A DNA stretch of 64,000 bases, taken from positions 64,001-128,000 of the forward strand of contig CAWGYD010000006.1 of NCBI GenBank assembly GCA_963826785.1. Direction: 5' to 3'. The translations under genes were made by a program, and so were the position numbers. Source of the DNA: an uncultured delta proteobacterium. GTDB lineage: Bacteria > Desulfobacterota > Desulfobacteria > Desulfobacterales > Desulfosalsimonadaceae. Below are positions 1 to 9,994 of the stretch, piece by piece (the first letter of the stretch is position 1; each line of letters starts with the position of its first letter). Under the pieces are notes generated by a model. That model saw nothing but the letters and a program-made list of their open reading frames with translations. It was not told the origin of the DNA and searched no databases.

Positions 1-1051
1 CGGCCAGCTCCGCATCGACGCTCAGCGATTCAAGCAAATCCTTGAATGCCTCTTTTTTTTCCTGATACAGGGCCTTTTTTGCCGCATTGCCTTTGACGCC
101 GCTGGGGGCGGGAAATCCGTTTTTCTTGGTTGCGGTTTTCCGCCATTCACCCTTCTGGGTCAGCAGCAAGTCGCAGAGGCCCCGCCACCGGGGCACCTGG
201 TCCGCCGTCTCCCCGGGCATCGCTTTTATGCCCCGGCAGGTGCACAGGGGGGAATCGGGTTCGGTTTCAATGAGGTTTTCTGCCGCAAAGCAGGCAAGAT
301 CAATGACATTTTCCCATTGCTGCTCTTGAAACCGGCAGCAGACGTCATTGAGGTGTTCCTCGATGATTTCTTCAAGATTTTTTTCCAGCATCTCCCGCTG
401 GCGCACCTCGTCATCTGCGGCGGCCACATGGCGCAGCCACTGGTCTCTTCGGGCCAGCATGCCGGCGATCAGTTCCTCCACCCGGTCCAGATGGTTATCC
501 AGGTGCCGGATCAGGGATTCAATGGACGGGCTCCACCGGGCGCCCGACTCCAGATCCGCCACGGTGTTTCCGGCGGCCTCCCGGTAGAGGTCGTCCGCCT
601 GCTCGGTAATCGCCGGGGATGCGCCCATCCGGGATAAAAAGGGCATCTGCCTGACCAGGCCCGCGCACAAAGAATCAATGGTCTGCACCCGCAGCCGGGA
701 GGGATTTTCAGAAAGGTTCCATTCTTTCTGCTCGTTGCGCAAAAGCGCATCCCTGGCCAGCATCCAGGTCCGGCGGGCATGGGGGGCCTGGGGCGGGTCT
801 GGGCATTTTGCCGCTGAAAGCGCCTGCATGATGCGTCCGCGCATTTCAGCGGCGGCTTTCCGGGTAAAAGTGATGGCGATGATCTGCTCGGGCTCCTCCA
901 CCCGGGAAAGCAGCTTGAGATACCGCTGGGTCAGCAGTTCCGTCTTGCCGGACCCCGCCGGCGCCTGGACGATAAACGACTTTTCCGGATCAAGTGCGGC
1001 TTCCCGCTCATTTGCATCGACGATTTTGTTTACCATTTTGTGCTCATCCAT
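1..1051 (-). CDS. addA: UvrD/AddA-type ATP-dependent helicase-nuclease subunit A (5' part; runs off the window start)
   Basis: Absent from the ORF track because there is no stop in the window. Manual translation gives MDEHKMVNKIVDANEREAALDPEKSFIVQAPAGSGKTELL...IIAITFTRKAAAEMRGRI, i.e. Walker A and UvrD motif Ia. It lies directly downstream of the addB-like gene. Alternative start at 1036. Confidence 0.9.
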   Translation of the reverse strand, partial: MDEHKMVNKIVDANEREAALDPEKSFIVQAPAGSGKTELLTQRYLKLLSRVEEPEQIIAITFTRKAAAEMRGRIMQALSAAKCPDPPQAPHARRTWMLARDALLRNEQKEWNLSENPSRLRVQTIDSLCAGLVRQMPFLSRMGASPAITEQADDLYREAAGNTVADLESGARWSPSIESLIRHLDNHLDRVEELIAGMLARRDQWLRHVAAADDEVRQREMLEKNLEEIIEEHLNDVCCRFQEQQWENVIDLACFAAENLIETEPDSPLCTCRGIKAMPGETADQVPRWRGLCDLLLTQKGEWRKTATKKNGFPAPSGVKGNAAKKALYQEKKEAFKDLLESLSVDAELA

Positions 1052-1111
1052 CCGCCGGGTCCGGGCGCGGTCCTTCGCTCATCTTGAAACGAAAGAGGGG
1101 TTGGCTGCATT

Positions 1112-3838
1112 TTATTCCTCCAGCAGGTCGGCCTCGCCAATACGGCACAACGGCCCCAGGTCGCAGTACCGGCAGCTTATTTCTTTGGACACGGGGGCCA
1201 CCGCCGCCTGGCCTCGGCGGACCTCCATGGCCAGGGACTCGATCTTGATCCGCCAGCAGTTCATGATCTCATCCATTGACGAAAACACTTGCGAATTCTT
1301 ATTGGCTGCCTGAAGCCCCCGGATCCCCGGGGCAACGGTCTCATCGAAGGCAATTCCCCGGTACCGGGAATCGCCCCTTCGGACCTGGGCGAACAAAACG
1401 CCGGCCACCGGTTCTGCGGCCATGGTGCTGTAAAGGGGCAGCTGCGGTTCAGTCAAACGTTCGGAAAACCAGTCCGATTCACTGGTTGTGCCGGTTTTAT
1501 AGTCGATGATGACCAGTCCGCTATCCGTCTTGTCGATTCTGTCCGCAAAGGCTTTGAGTGAAATACCGCCGATCACCATTTCAATTCGTTTTTCCCGGTC
1601 CGCCACGGAAAAATCGCCTCTTTGCCGCTCCAGGCCCAGCCATTCATGCATCAGCGCCACCAGCCGTTCCTGTTCCAGGCGGGTAAATGCCGGGGTAAAC
1701 ACCTCCGGATGCTTTTCTTTCAACATGGCGATGGAGCGATCAACCGCATCGCGGACAGCTTCGCCCAGCGCGTCTTCCGCCCTGGACAGCAGTCCCGAAA
1801 GGGATGCCAGATCCTGCCACAGGTACTCCAGCGCCCCGTGCACCAGTGTACCCCGATCCCTGGCGGAAAGCCCCGAAACCGGTGTTTCCAGACCCTCGGC
1901 GCATAACCGGTATTGCGCAAAAGCGGAAAACGGGCAGAGGGCCTGGGCTTTGAGCAGACCGGTTCCGCCCCGGGCACCGGCATTTTCCGGTATTTCGGGG
2001 CCGGTCATATCCTCAATCTTTTCCATTTCAGCCGATGCCGCGATTTGGGCCCGCCAGTTCGCAGAGCGATTTTCGAACTCAATCGGTCCGCTTTCGGCCA
2101 GGTGGGTGACCAGCGGACTGGGGAACAGCTGCGCATCGCCTTGCGCTGCCGGATAGCTGACTACAATGTGATCCGCGGACTGGAGCAGGCGGTCCGTGAT
2201 TGTTTTGGCAAAGCGGCATTCCCGGCCGGCTGAACTGTGCGCCACATCATATTTTCGCTGAACCCCCACCGGCAGGAAGGGATTGGGATCGGCGGGTTTG
2301 GGCCACTGCCCGTCGTGCATTCCCATGATCCAGAGATGATCGAAATGCTCACCGGCCGCTTCAAGCACCCCCATGATCTGGACAGGGGCATCGGCGGATT
2401 CCGGCTGAAAGGTCTGTGCGCTCAAGAGGGTTTTAAAATCTGACAGCGCAGTGTGCAGGTCTGTTTCTGCACCGGTACGGTCCAGGCCGCAGAACTCGGA
2501 CAGCGCCGCCCGCCAGGCCTGAAGGGTTTGGAATTCAATGGAGGAGAGCGGGCGGTCCCCCGGCCACCCCAGGGCATCGAGCAGAAGGGAAAAGGCGCGT
2601 GCCCATTGGGACGGATGCTGCTGTTCCGGCTGCTTGTCCATCAGGGCAAGAAAATCTTTCAGACGGGCGGATAGCGCCGGGCAGATAAAAAATCGCGGAT
2701 GATGCCCGTCGGTGATCCGCCTGAACAATTCCGCATAACTGATACAAGAAACATTGTCTTTTCTCAGCCGGGCGTCCAGCACGGCCCGGCGCGACCCTTC
2801 GGCCGATGCGCCGCCGATATACTCCGAGCATAAAAACGCGCTGTATTGATTCACATCCATGGGCTGCATGGCAAAGACCAGCATTTTGAAGGCGGCGCTG
2901 ATAACCGGCAGGCTGTAAAGCGCCTCGCCCATAGAGATGTTATACAGCCGGTTCGGTGCCTGATCCAATGACAACACCCGGCCGGGATGAAATTCATCAT
3001 CAAAGACCCGGATCATTTCCCGGCGCCGGGCCTGCAGGTCCGGGACAATAATCCCGATGCGGCCGACTCCTTTTTCCACCAGGCTCCGGGCCCAGCAAGC
3101 CGCCGCAGCCGCTTCGGAGGCGGCATCTGCAAATTCATGGCGTGCGGCATGCCCGGTCTTCAAAGGGGATTTCAGCACAAATACCCGGCCGCCTGCGGCT
3201 GAAAAGGCGTCCAGCAGGGTCTTTTCTCCGGGGGTAAATTCGTCAAACCCGGCAAAGACAACTGTTTTGGGCGGAGGCAGCGTCCCGGAGGCGATCATCC
3301 CCGCAATCTTTGCCGGAAGGGCGGCGCTGTCCACCCACCTGTTTTTTTCGCAGCGGGCTTCGAAAGACTCCGCCCATTTCAAAAACACCGTTGTCTCCGG
3401 CCCCGGCAGCTGCCGGATTTCTGAGACCGGAATCTGCCAGGCGTGCATGATCTCCCAGGCCTGCCGGGCAAGGTTGGCGGCCTCGGTAATATTGAGCAAG
3501 TGCGCGCCGGATTTGGAATGCAGTATGATCTGTGTCCAGAGGTGCCGCTCCTGAACGGAAGAGAGCAGGAGCATCGGGGATGCCGTACTTTCGATTTTCT
3601 GTAAAGAGACGGCCTGATCTGCCATTTTTCGCAGAAAGGCGGCATAAGGAAGAATATCCGGGGTTTCCCAGACCGCATGCCCGGAGCGGATTTGATGGTC
3701 GGTGTACTGATCAAACAGGTTCCGGGCAAGTCGCCGGTTTACGGTGACCACCGTGGCCCCGTCCGTCACCAGCGGCAACAGCCGGTCTTCGGGAATGTTT
3801 TCCGGATGCGTCATCGCCATATTTGAAGAATCGGGCAT
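1112..3838 (-). CDS. addB: AddB-like DNA repair protein with C-terminal PD-(D/E)XK nuclease and Fe-S staple
   Basis: 908 aa; inactive helicase-like N-terminus; ADRID...IIDYKTG nuclease motif; Cys pattern LCPF...CRYCDLGPLC; paired with addA. Confidence 0.85.
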   Translation of the reverse strand: MPDSSNMAMTHPENIPEDRLLPLVTDGATVVTVNRRLARNLFDQYTDHQIRSGHAVWETPDILPYAAFLRKMADQAVSLQKIESTASPMLLLSSVQERHLWTQIILHSKSGAHLLNITEAANLARQAWEIMHAWQIPVSEIRQLPGPETTVFLKWAESFEARCEKNRWVDSAALPAKIAGMIASGTLPPPKTVVFAGFDEFTPGEKTLLDAFSAAGGRVFVLKSPLKTGHAARHEFADAASEAAAAACWARSLVEKGVGRIGIIVPDLQARRREMIRVFDDEFHPGRVLSLDQAPNRLYNISMGEALYSLPVISAAFKMLVFAMQPMDVNQYSAFLCSEYIGGASAEGSRRAVLDARLRKDNVSCISYAELFRRITDGHHPRFFICPALSARLKDFLALMDKQPEQQHPSQWARAFSLLLDALGWPGDRPLSSIEFQTLQAWRAALSEFCGLDRTGAETDLHTALSDFKTLLSAQTFQPESADAPVQIMGVLEAAGEHFDHLWIMGMHDGQWPKPADPNPFLPVGVQRKYDVAHSSAGRECRFAKTITDRLLQSADHIVVSYPAAQGDAQLFPSPLVTHLAESGPIEFENRSANWRAQIAASAEMEKIEDMTGPEIPENAGARGGTGLLKAQALCPFSAFAQYRLCAEGLETPVSGLSARDRGTLVHGALEYLWQDLASLSGLLSRAEDALGEAVRDAVDRSIAMLKEKHPEVFTPAFTRLEQERLVALMHEWLGLERQRGDFSVADREKRIEMVIGGISLKAFADRIDKTDSGLVIIDYKTGTTSESDWFSERLTEPQLPLYSTMAAEPVAGVLFAQVRRGDSRYRGIAFDETVAPGIRGLQAANKNSQVFSSMDEIMNCWRIKIESLAMEVRRGQAAVAPVSKEISCRYCDLGPLCRIGEADLLEE

Positions 3839-3839
3839 T

Positions 3840-4940
3840 TTAATCGGTTTGAAGATACCCCATGACCTTCAGGGCTGTTTTAGAAAACGCGTAGCGGTCA
3901 AGGCTTTGCCGCCGCACCCACTGGTGGCTGATCCAGCCGTCCAGATTCACGCGGCCTGAAATATACTGGCAGATAAAAATCTGCGACACAATCTTAAAAT
4001 GGGTGAAGGCATGCCGGACCGCGGCCGGCTGTGCGACGATCCTGGCTTTCACGTTAAGACTCAGAAAAATCAGTCGTTCGCAGGCGCTTTGCGCCCTTTC
4101 GCCCGCTTCCACGCGGGCGCCGGGGAACTCCCACAATCCGCCCAGCAACCCCTCTTCCGGCCGGCGCACGATCAGCACCCGGTCATTTTTTAAAATCACA
4201 GCCGAAACCATCTGGTGTTCGGGAACCGGACGCCGGGGCTGACGCCGGGGATAATCGTCGACGACATCGTCTGCACAGGCCAGGCAGCATGTATTCAGCG
4301 GACATGCCGGGCAGTTTGGGTTTTTGGGCCTGCAGATCAGGGCCCCCAGTTCCATGACCGCCTGGTTATGCGCGGAAGGGTCCTTGCGGCAGAGGAGGTT
4401 TACGGCAAGGGATTTGTAGATGCCATGTGATGCAACGGCATTGACCGGTGCATCGACCCGGTAGAGGCGGGAGAACACCCGCTTGACATTGCCGTCCACC
4501 ACGGCATGCGATTTGGCAAAGGCAATGCTCAATACGGCCGAAGCGATATAATCGCCCACCCCGGGCAGGGCAATAAACGTCTCCCAGTCATCGGGCACCC
4601 GGCCGGACCACTTATCGGCCACCGTCTTTGCCGCCCGGTGGAAATTCCGTATCCGGGCATAGTAGCCCAGCCCTTCCCACAACTTGATCACCGTTTCCAA
4701 ATCCGCATCCGCCAGGGATCGGATATCGGGAAACCGGTCAATAAACCGCTCGTAATAAGGAATCACCGTATTCACCTGGGTCTGCTGGAGCATGATCTCC
4801 GATACCCAGATATAATACGGATTGTCTGTCCGGCGCCAGGGAAGGTCCCGCCGGTTTTTGATGTACCAGGACAGAAGATATTTTCGGATTTTTGCGGTGT
4901 TATCGGCGCTTGGACCGGGGCGGATGCTGTCTTCTTTCAT
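3840..4940 (-). CDS. mutY: A/G-specific adenine DNA glycosylase
   Basis: RDLPWR, VSEIMLQQTQV, WEGLGYY, HhH LPGVGDY, VDGNVKRV, Fe-S CRPKNPNCPACPLNTCC and a C-terminal Nudix-like GLWEFPG. Its stop is 1 nt from the addB start. Confidence 0.97.
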   Translation of the reverse strand: MKEDSIRPGPSADNTAKIRKYLLSWYIKNRRDLPWRRTDNPYYIWVSEIMLQQTQVNTVIPYYERFIDRFPDIRSLADADLETVIKLWEGLGYYARIRNFHRAAKTVADKWSGRVPDDWETFIALPGVGDYIASAVLSIAFAKSHAVVDGNVKRVFSRLYRVDAPVNAVASHGIYKSLAVNLLCRKDPSAHNQAVMELGALICRPKNPNCPACPLNTCCLACADDVVDDYPRRQPRRPVPEHQMVSAVILKNDRVLIVRRPEEGLLGGLWEFPGARVEAGERAQSACERLIFLSLNVKARIVAQPAAVRHAFTHFKIVSQIFICQYISGRVNLDGWISHQWVRRQSLDRYAFSKTALKVMGYLQTD

Positions 4941-5057
4941 GCCTGCAGTCTATGGGATGAGATCGAAAAAGTCCATTCAAATGCCCGGATAGCCCCTCCC
5001 CTTTCATAATGATCTTTACCAAACAGGGAATGGATATCGCTGGCTGCCTGCTCATTT

Positions 5058-5113
5058 CTGGATTCCGGCTTAAAAACGGCCGGAATGACGGAGAGGATAA
5101 TCGTGGAATGACG
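5058..5113. repeat. REP-like palindrome CTGGATTCCGGC-N9-GCCGGAATGACG plus a partial second copy
   Basis: Inverted repeat ATTCCGGC/GCCGGAAT at 5062-5086 followed by GACG; GGAATGACG recurs at ~5105-5113. Confidence 0.55.
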
Positions 5114-5572
5114 AATCGGGTTTCACATCAATGGTGTATATAACACCTCAGTCATTGAGTTTGCATTTGTGCCTTGCATGGCGGGCGCGTGAACAGGGAT
5201 CTGGAGAGCGGATTTGAGATTTTTGCATCGAAGCCGATCCTGATACAGTCTGCCGATGCCGAACTTGAATTCCTGGCCGATCCCAATTGCCACGGGCGGC
5301 AAAAAGATCATTGAGCGGCCAGACCCCTGTTTGCGCGACCCGCCAGACCAGCACGGCCAAACTGCGGAAATTTCCCATGCAAAAGACTGCGGAGGTGGTG
5401 AAGGTTTTACATTTCTGCCCCGCAAAATCGCCCCCCGCCCCCCTCGAGAGGCGGAATAGCGCGTACATAGCAGTTTTGGATCGGCTTCTATGGACTGTGC
5501 CCGGCCTGCCAAGGGGGATGCTTTTTCTGCAGGACACAGCTGATCGGGATATATGATCCAGCCGTTTGGTTT

Positions 5573-6943
5573 TTACTTGAACACCGTCTTCAGCAGCTTC
5601 AGGCTGTTTGAAAACGGCGGGTACCGAAACGGGTTGTCGATCAGGAAAGAATTTTTCATGATGCTTTTCTGATGGGAAAAGGCGTCAAACCCGAATTTTC
5701 CGTGATAACTGCCCATGCCGCTGTTGCCCACGCCGCCGAAGGGGAGCTTGGGATTGGCAAAATGGATCAGGGTGTCGTTGATGCAGCCGCCGCCGAAGGG
5801 CACCCGGTTCAGAACAGTCTCGGCCGTGCGGTCGTTTCGGGTGAACAGGTACAGGGACAGGGGTTTGGGCCGGCGGTTGACCTCGGCCATGACATCCTTC
5901 ATGGCGTTAAAGGTCATCACCGGCAGGACCGGACCAAAGATCTCCTCTTCCATCACCGGGTGGGACCAGTCGATGCCGTCGAGCACCGTGGGTTCGATAT
6001 ACAGCTGATCGGCATCCGTTTCCCCTCCCCGCCAGAGCTTTTCCCGGTCGATTAAGGCCGACAGCCGGTCGAAATGCCGTTGATTGACAATGCGCGGGTA
6101 ATCGGTGCTCTTTTTGATATCGGCCCCGAAAAATGACCCGATATGCTTTTCCAGCGCCCCCAGGAATTCTTCCCTGACGGTTTCATGAACATATACATAA
6201 TCGGGGGCGATGCAGGTTTGTCCGGCGTTGATGAATTTTCCCGATGCCACCCGCTTTGCCGACAGATCGATATCCGCATCCGCATCGATGATGCACGGGC
6301 TTTTGCCGCCCAGTTCCAGGGTGACCGGGGTGAGGTGTTTTGCCGCCGCCTCCATGACGATCCTGCCCACCCCGGGGCTGCCGGTAAAGAAGATGTAATC
6401 AAACGGCTGCTCCAGCAGGGCTTTGCTCACCCCCGCATCGCCCGTAACCGTGGCGATGTAGTTGGGATCAAAATACTGCTCACAGAGCCATGCAATGATA
6501 TCGGATGTGGCCGGCGAAAACTCGGAAGGCTTGATCACCGCGCAGTTGCCCGCTGCCATGGCATTGATCAGCGGGTTGACGGCCAGCTGAAACGGGTAAT
6601 TCCAGGGGGAGATGATCAGGGCCGTCCCATAGGGTTCGGGATAGATGTAGCTCTTGACCGGAAAATGATAAATGGGGGTTCTTACCCGCCTGGGCCGGGC
6701 CCATCGCCGGGTATTGCGGATCATGTGCCGCACCTCGTCCCGGGCCAGCCCCACCTCGGTCAGATACCCCTCGTAGCGGGTCTTTTTCAAATCCTGGTGC
6801 AGCGCGGCCAGGATCTTTTCTTCATTCTGGATAATGGCATGCTGCAGCAGGCGCAGCTGCTTGACCCTGAAGGAGATGTCCCGGGTCCGCCCCGATAAGA
6901 AAAATTCCCGCTGCCCCCTGAACAGTTCCGAAATATCGGTCAT
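5573..6943 (-). CDS. NAD(P)-dependent aldehyde dehydrogenase (ALDH3-like)
   Basis: PWNYP, KPSE, FTGS, LELGGKSP, catalytic NAGQTC, EEIFGP, PFGGVGNSG. Confidence 0.96.
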   Translation of the reverse strand: MTDISELFRGQREFFLSGRTRDISFRVKQLRLLQHAIIQNEEKILAALHQDLKKTRYEGYLTEVGLARDEVRHMIRNTRRWARPRRVRTPIYHFPVKSYIYPEPYGTALIISPWNYPFQLAVNPLINAMAAGNCAVIKPSEFSPATSDIIAWLCEQYFDPNYIATVTGDAGVSKALLEQPFDYIFFTGSPGVGRIVMEAAAKHLTPVTLELGGKSPCIIDADADIDLSAKRVASGKFINAGQTCIAPDYVYVHETVREEFLGALEKHIGSFFGADIKKSTDYPRIVNQRHFDRLSALIDREKLWRGGETDADQLYIEPTVLDGIDWSHPVMEEEIFGPVLPVMTFNAMKDVMAEVNRRPKPLSLYLFTRNDRTAETVLNRVPFGGGCINDTLIHFANPKLPFGGVGNSGMGSYHGKFGFDAFSHQKSIMKNSFLIDNPFRYPPFSNSLKLLKTVFK

Positions 6944-7343
6944 GATGCCCCCTCTCGACAGATGGTTGTCAAATTTTTATTTCCGCATGGCCGCAACTAT
7001 TAAAACATGATTATGACAAATACATAGGCTCCATAAGGCCGCCCCGCAAATATGGGCCGCATTTGAAAATGCCGTCTCCGCCCGGATTTACGTCCTCTTT
7101 AGCAGATGATAATCATTGCATCAGATAATAAAAAGGCACAGCCGGGCTAATGAGTGGGCATTTTTATCAATTGCGGAAATGAAATCCTTCAAAGTTCCGG
7201 TGCCGGGGGGGGACATTTATGATGTATGTGTAGAAAATCCATCATTTATAGATGGACACAAATCTTTTTTTGTCATATCAGATCTCTTGACATGTAAACG
7301 GGTATCTGGTCTGTTAAACAGATTGGAGCCAGACAAAATCATT

Positions 7344-9035
7344 ATGCAGACATTTACCGAGATGAATTCACAGTACAAAGAATCGGCCAATAAGGAACTG
7401 GTAGCGGACTGGGATCGGCTGTTCAAGGTGTTTATCCGACCCGAGGATGACGACTGCCAGGCCGTTTTGATCAAATACATGGAGCGGATCCTGTTTGAGC
7501 TCCATGATTTTCTTAAAAAACACGTGGGCATCACCGAAGCCAGGAGCTTAAAAGAGCTCTCCGAGAGGTTCACCGATACGGTGATCAGTGAAAACCCGGA
7601 AAAGAAACTGGCCGACGTGATCACCTGCCTGATCAAGGACATCGCCCCCCAGGCGGTAAATGTGACCTCCCCCTATTTTGTGGGGCACATGACCTCTGCC
7701 ATCCCGTTTTTCATGGTGCATCTCAAAACCATCGTGGCGGCCTTAAACCAGAATATGGTCAAGCTGGAAACATCCAAGGTGGTCTCCATCATCGAAAAAC
7801 AGGTGATCGCCAAGATTCACCGGCTGATCTTCGAGGAAAGCGAGGCCTTTTACCGCACCCACGTGCAGAACACGGAAACCACGCTGGGCGTGTTTGTGGA
7901 AGGGGGCACCACCGCCAACCTGACCGCCCTGTGGGTGGCCCGCAATGCCAAATTCCCGCCGAAAAACGGCTTCCACGGGATTGAATCAGACGGTCTTGCC
8001 GCCGCTTACCATGCCTATGATATCAGCCGCTGCGTGGTTCTGGTCTCCCGGCTGGGGCACTATTCCCTGCGCAAGTCCGCCGGCGTGCTGGGGATCGGCA
8101 ACCAGAACATCATTCCCATCGACATCGATGATAACAACCGGGTCGATCTGTCGGCCCTGCGGCGGACCATTGCCCATTTCAAGAAAAACGAACCGAAAAC
8201 GACCATTCTGGCCATTGTGGGCGTCGCGGGAACCACTGAAACCGGAACGGTGGACGATCTTGAAAGCCTGGCCGACATTTGCGACGAAAATGGCATCCAT
8301 TTCCACGTGGATGCCGCCTGGGGCGGCCCCACCCTGTTTTCAAAACAGTATAAATATTTGCTGAACGGCATCAAGCGTGCCGACTCGGTCACCATCGACG
8401 GCCACAAGCAGTTCTACATGCCCATGAGCTGCGGCATGCTCTATTTAAAAGACCCGACACACATGGACATGATCGCCTACCATGCCAACTATGTGAACCG
8501 CTGGGGATCGGTGGACCTGGGCATCAAGTCTTTAGCCGGCTCCAGGGAAGCCAATTCCCTTATCTTAGACAGCGCATTGAAAATCATGGGCACCAGGGGG
8601 TATTCCCTGCTCATCGACCATGGCATCGAAACCGCCCGGGAATTTGCCGAAGAGATTGAAAAAAGGGATTTGTTTGAACTTACCACCCGGCCGGAACTCA
8701 ACATCCTTACTTACCGGATCTGTCCCCGGCCGATTCGGGAAAGACGAGCGTCTGCAGACCCTGTTGAGCGCCGCCAGATCGACGAACGCTTGAATTCCGT
8801 CAACCGCAACCTCCAGCGCATCCAGCGGGAAGCAGGATTCAGCTTTGTATCCCGCACCAAACTGAGGCTTCACGAAGACCCGGGAAATGAAATCGTGGTG
8901 CTCAGAAGCGTGATCATGAATCCCATGACCAGCATCGACATTTTAAAAGAAATCCTGGACGAGCAGGAAAAGATCTTTAAAACCCGACTGCAGGGAAAGC
9001 TGACGATGGAGGCCCATACAACGGCATCTGTTTAA
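7344..9035 (+). CDS. panP: Group II PLP-dependent decarboxylase, PanP-like aspartate 1-decarboxylase
   Basis: FVGHMTSA, GGTTANLTALWVARN, HYSLRK, GTTETG, HVDAAWGG, PLP-lysine DGHKQ, GSR. Start moved from TTG 7116 to ATG 7344 (7362 also possible). Confidence 0.8.
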   Translation: MQTFTEMNSQYKESANKELVADWDRLFKVFIRPEDDDCQAVLIKYMERILFELHDFLKKHVGITEARSLKELSERFTDTVISENPEKKLADVITCLIKDIAPQAVNVTSPYFVGHMTSAIPFFMVHLKTIVAALNQNMVKLETSKVVSIIEKQVIAKIHRLIFEESEAFYRTHVQNTETTLGVFVEGGTTANLTALWVARNAKFPPKNGFHGIESDGLAAAYHAYDISRCVVLVSRLGHYSLRKSAGVLGIGNQNIIPIDIDDNNRVDLSALRRTIAHFKKNEPKTTILAIVGVAGTTETGTVDDLESLADICDENGIHFHVDAAWGGPTLFSKQYKYLLNGIKRADSVTIDGHKQFYMPMSCGMLYLKDPTHMDMIAYHANYVNRWGSVDLGIKSLAGSREANSLILDSALKIMGTRGYSLLIDHGIETAREFAEEIEKRDLFELTTRPELNILTYRICPRPIRERRASADPVERRQIDERLNSVNRNLQRIQREAGFSFVSRTKLRLHEDPGNEIVVLRSVIMNPMTSIDILKEILDEQEKIFKTRLQGKLTMEAHTTASV

Positions 9036-9162
9036 AAGATTTCAAAGACCATCGTAATATCGTCTCCATGACGTATTGATGTTGTTTTACGCATCAAATT
9101 CTAATTGGCAGGAATCTTTGCTCTTGAATATGAATCAAGGCATTTCCCATAGGAGGCGCATC

Positions 9163-9372
9163 ATGAAGCTCAAGTACTGGATTCCGTTTATCTGCTTTAT
9201 CATCCCCACCCCGGTCATCACCTACTTCATGTGGGAAACCCATGTCTGGCAGCCCTTTCCCTTTGAAGAAACAAAAGCCATTATCGGAATGCTGGTGATG
9301 TGGTTTTTTGTGGGCGTAACTTATTTTTCGGGCATTCATGCTGTTTTAAAGGATGTGAAAACAACCGGATAA
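9163..9372 (+). CDS. Small two-TM membrane protein, unknown function
   Basis: AGGAGG RBS at 9151, ATG at 9163; two hydrophobic segments. Confidence 0.7.
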   Translation: MKLKYWIPFICFIIPTPVITYFMWETHVWQPFPFEETKAIIGMLVMWFFVGVTYFSGIHAVLKDVKTTG

Positions 9373-9391
9373 ATCGGATGTTTTCGCTACG

Positions 9392-9982
9392 CTATCCCGT
9401 CACCGCCTTCCGGCCCAGTTCAAAGGCCTTGAGGTTGGTCTCCACAAAGGCCTGCTTGGTGGTGTCGGCGATGGCCGCGGTCACATTTTCTGCAGTGATG
9501 GGAAGAACGCCGGTTTCGATCAAGGCCCCCAGCAGCACGATGTTGACCGCCAGTTCGTTTCCCGCCTCCCTGGCCAGGGCATTGGCATCCAGGGTAATCA
9601 GTCTGCCCGTTTTAGACGCGATCAGGTCCTTGATGGTATCCAGGGTCGGATAGACGCCCTTGCCGATGGCCGCGGTAAATGGGGGAAGCGGCGAAGTGTT
9701 GGTGATCACCACAGTTTTTTTGTGGCACTTGTTCAGTGCCCGCAACGCTTCCAGGGGTTCGAACCCCAACAGGATGTCGGCCTCGCCATCGGAGATAATG
9801 GTGCTTTTGGCGTCGCCGAAAATCATGGCGGACTCCACCACGCCGCCCCGCTGGGCCATGCCGTGGATTTCGCTCATCCGCACCGGGATGTCCTGCCGGG
9901 CCGCGGCCTCCCCCAGCACCTTGGAAGCCAGCAGGTTTCCCTGACCGCCCACCGCCACTATGATCAATCGCGTTGTTTTCAT
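9392..9982 (-). CDS. iorB: Indolepyruvate:ferredoxin oxidoreductase beta subunit
   Basis: VGGQG, SEIHGMAQRGGVV, GEADILLGFEPLEALR; follows iorA. Confidence 0.93.
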   Translation of the reverse strand: MKTTRLIIVAVGGQGNLLASKVLGEAAARQDIPVRMSEIHGMAQRGGVVESAMIFGDAKSTIISDGEADILLGFEPLEALRALNKCHKKTVVITNTSPLPPFTAAIGKGVYPTLDTIKDLIASKTGRLITLDANALAREAGNELAVNIVLLGALIETGVLPITAENVTAAIADTTKQAFVETNLKAFELGRKAVTG

Positions 9983-9994
9983 TCGATTTTTCTC

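Noticed and set aside
7116..7343. N-terminal extensions in the ORF track (also 12175, 12785, 44548, 47142, 54404, 58064, 59061)
   Set aside because: They lack family similarity; downstream ATGs, most with an RBS, fit better.
9105..9122. Sigma-54-like TTGGCA...TTGC upstream of the small membrane protein
   Set aside because: The GG-to-GC spacing is 11 nt, not the required 10.
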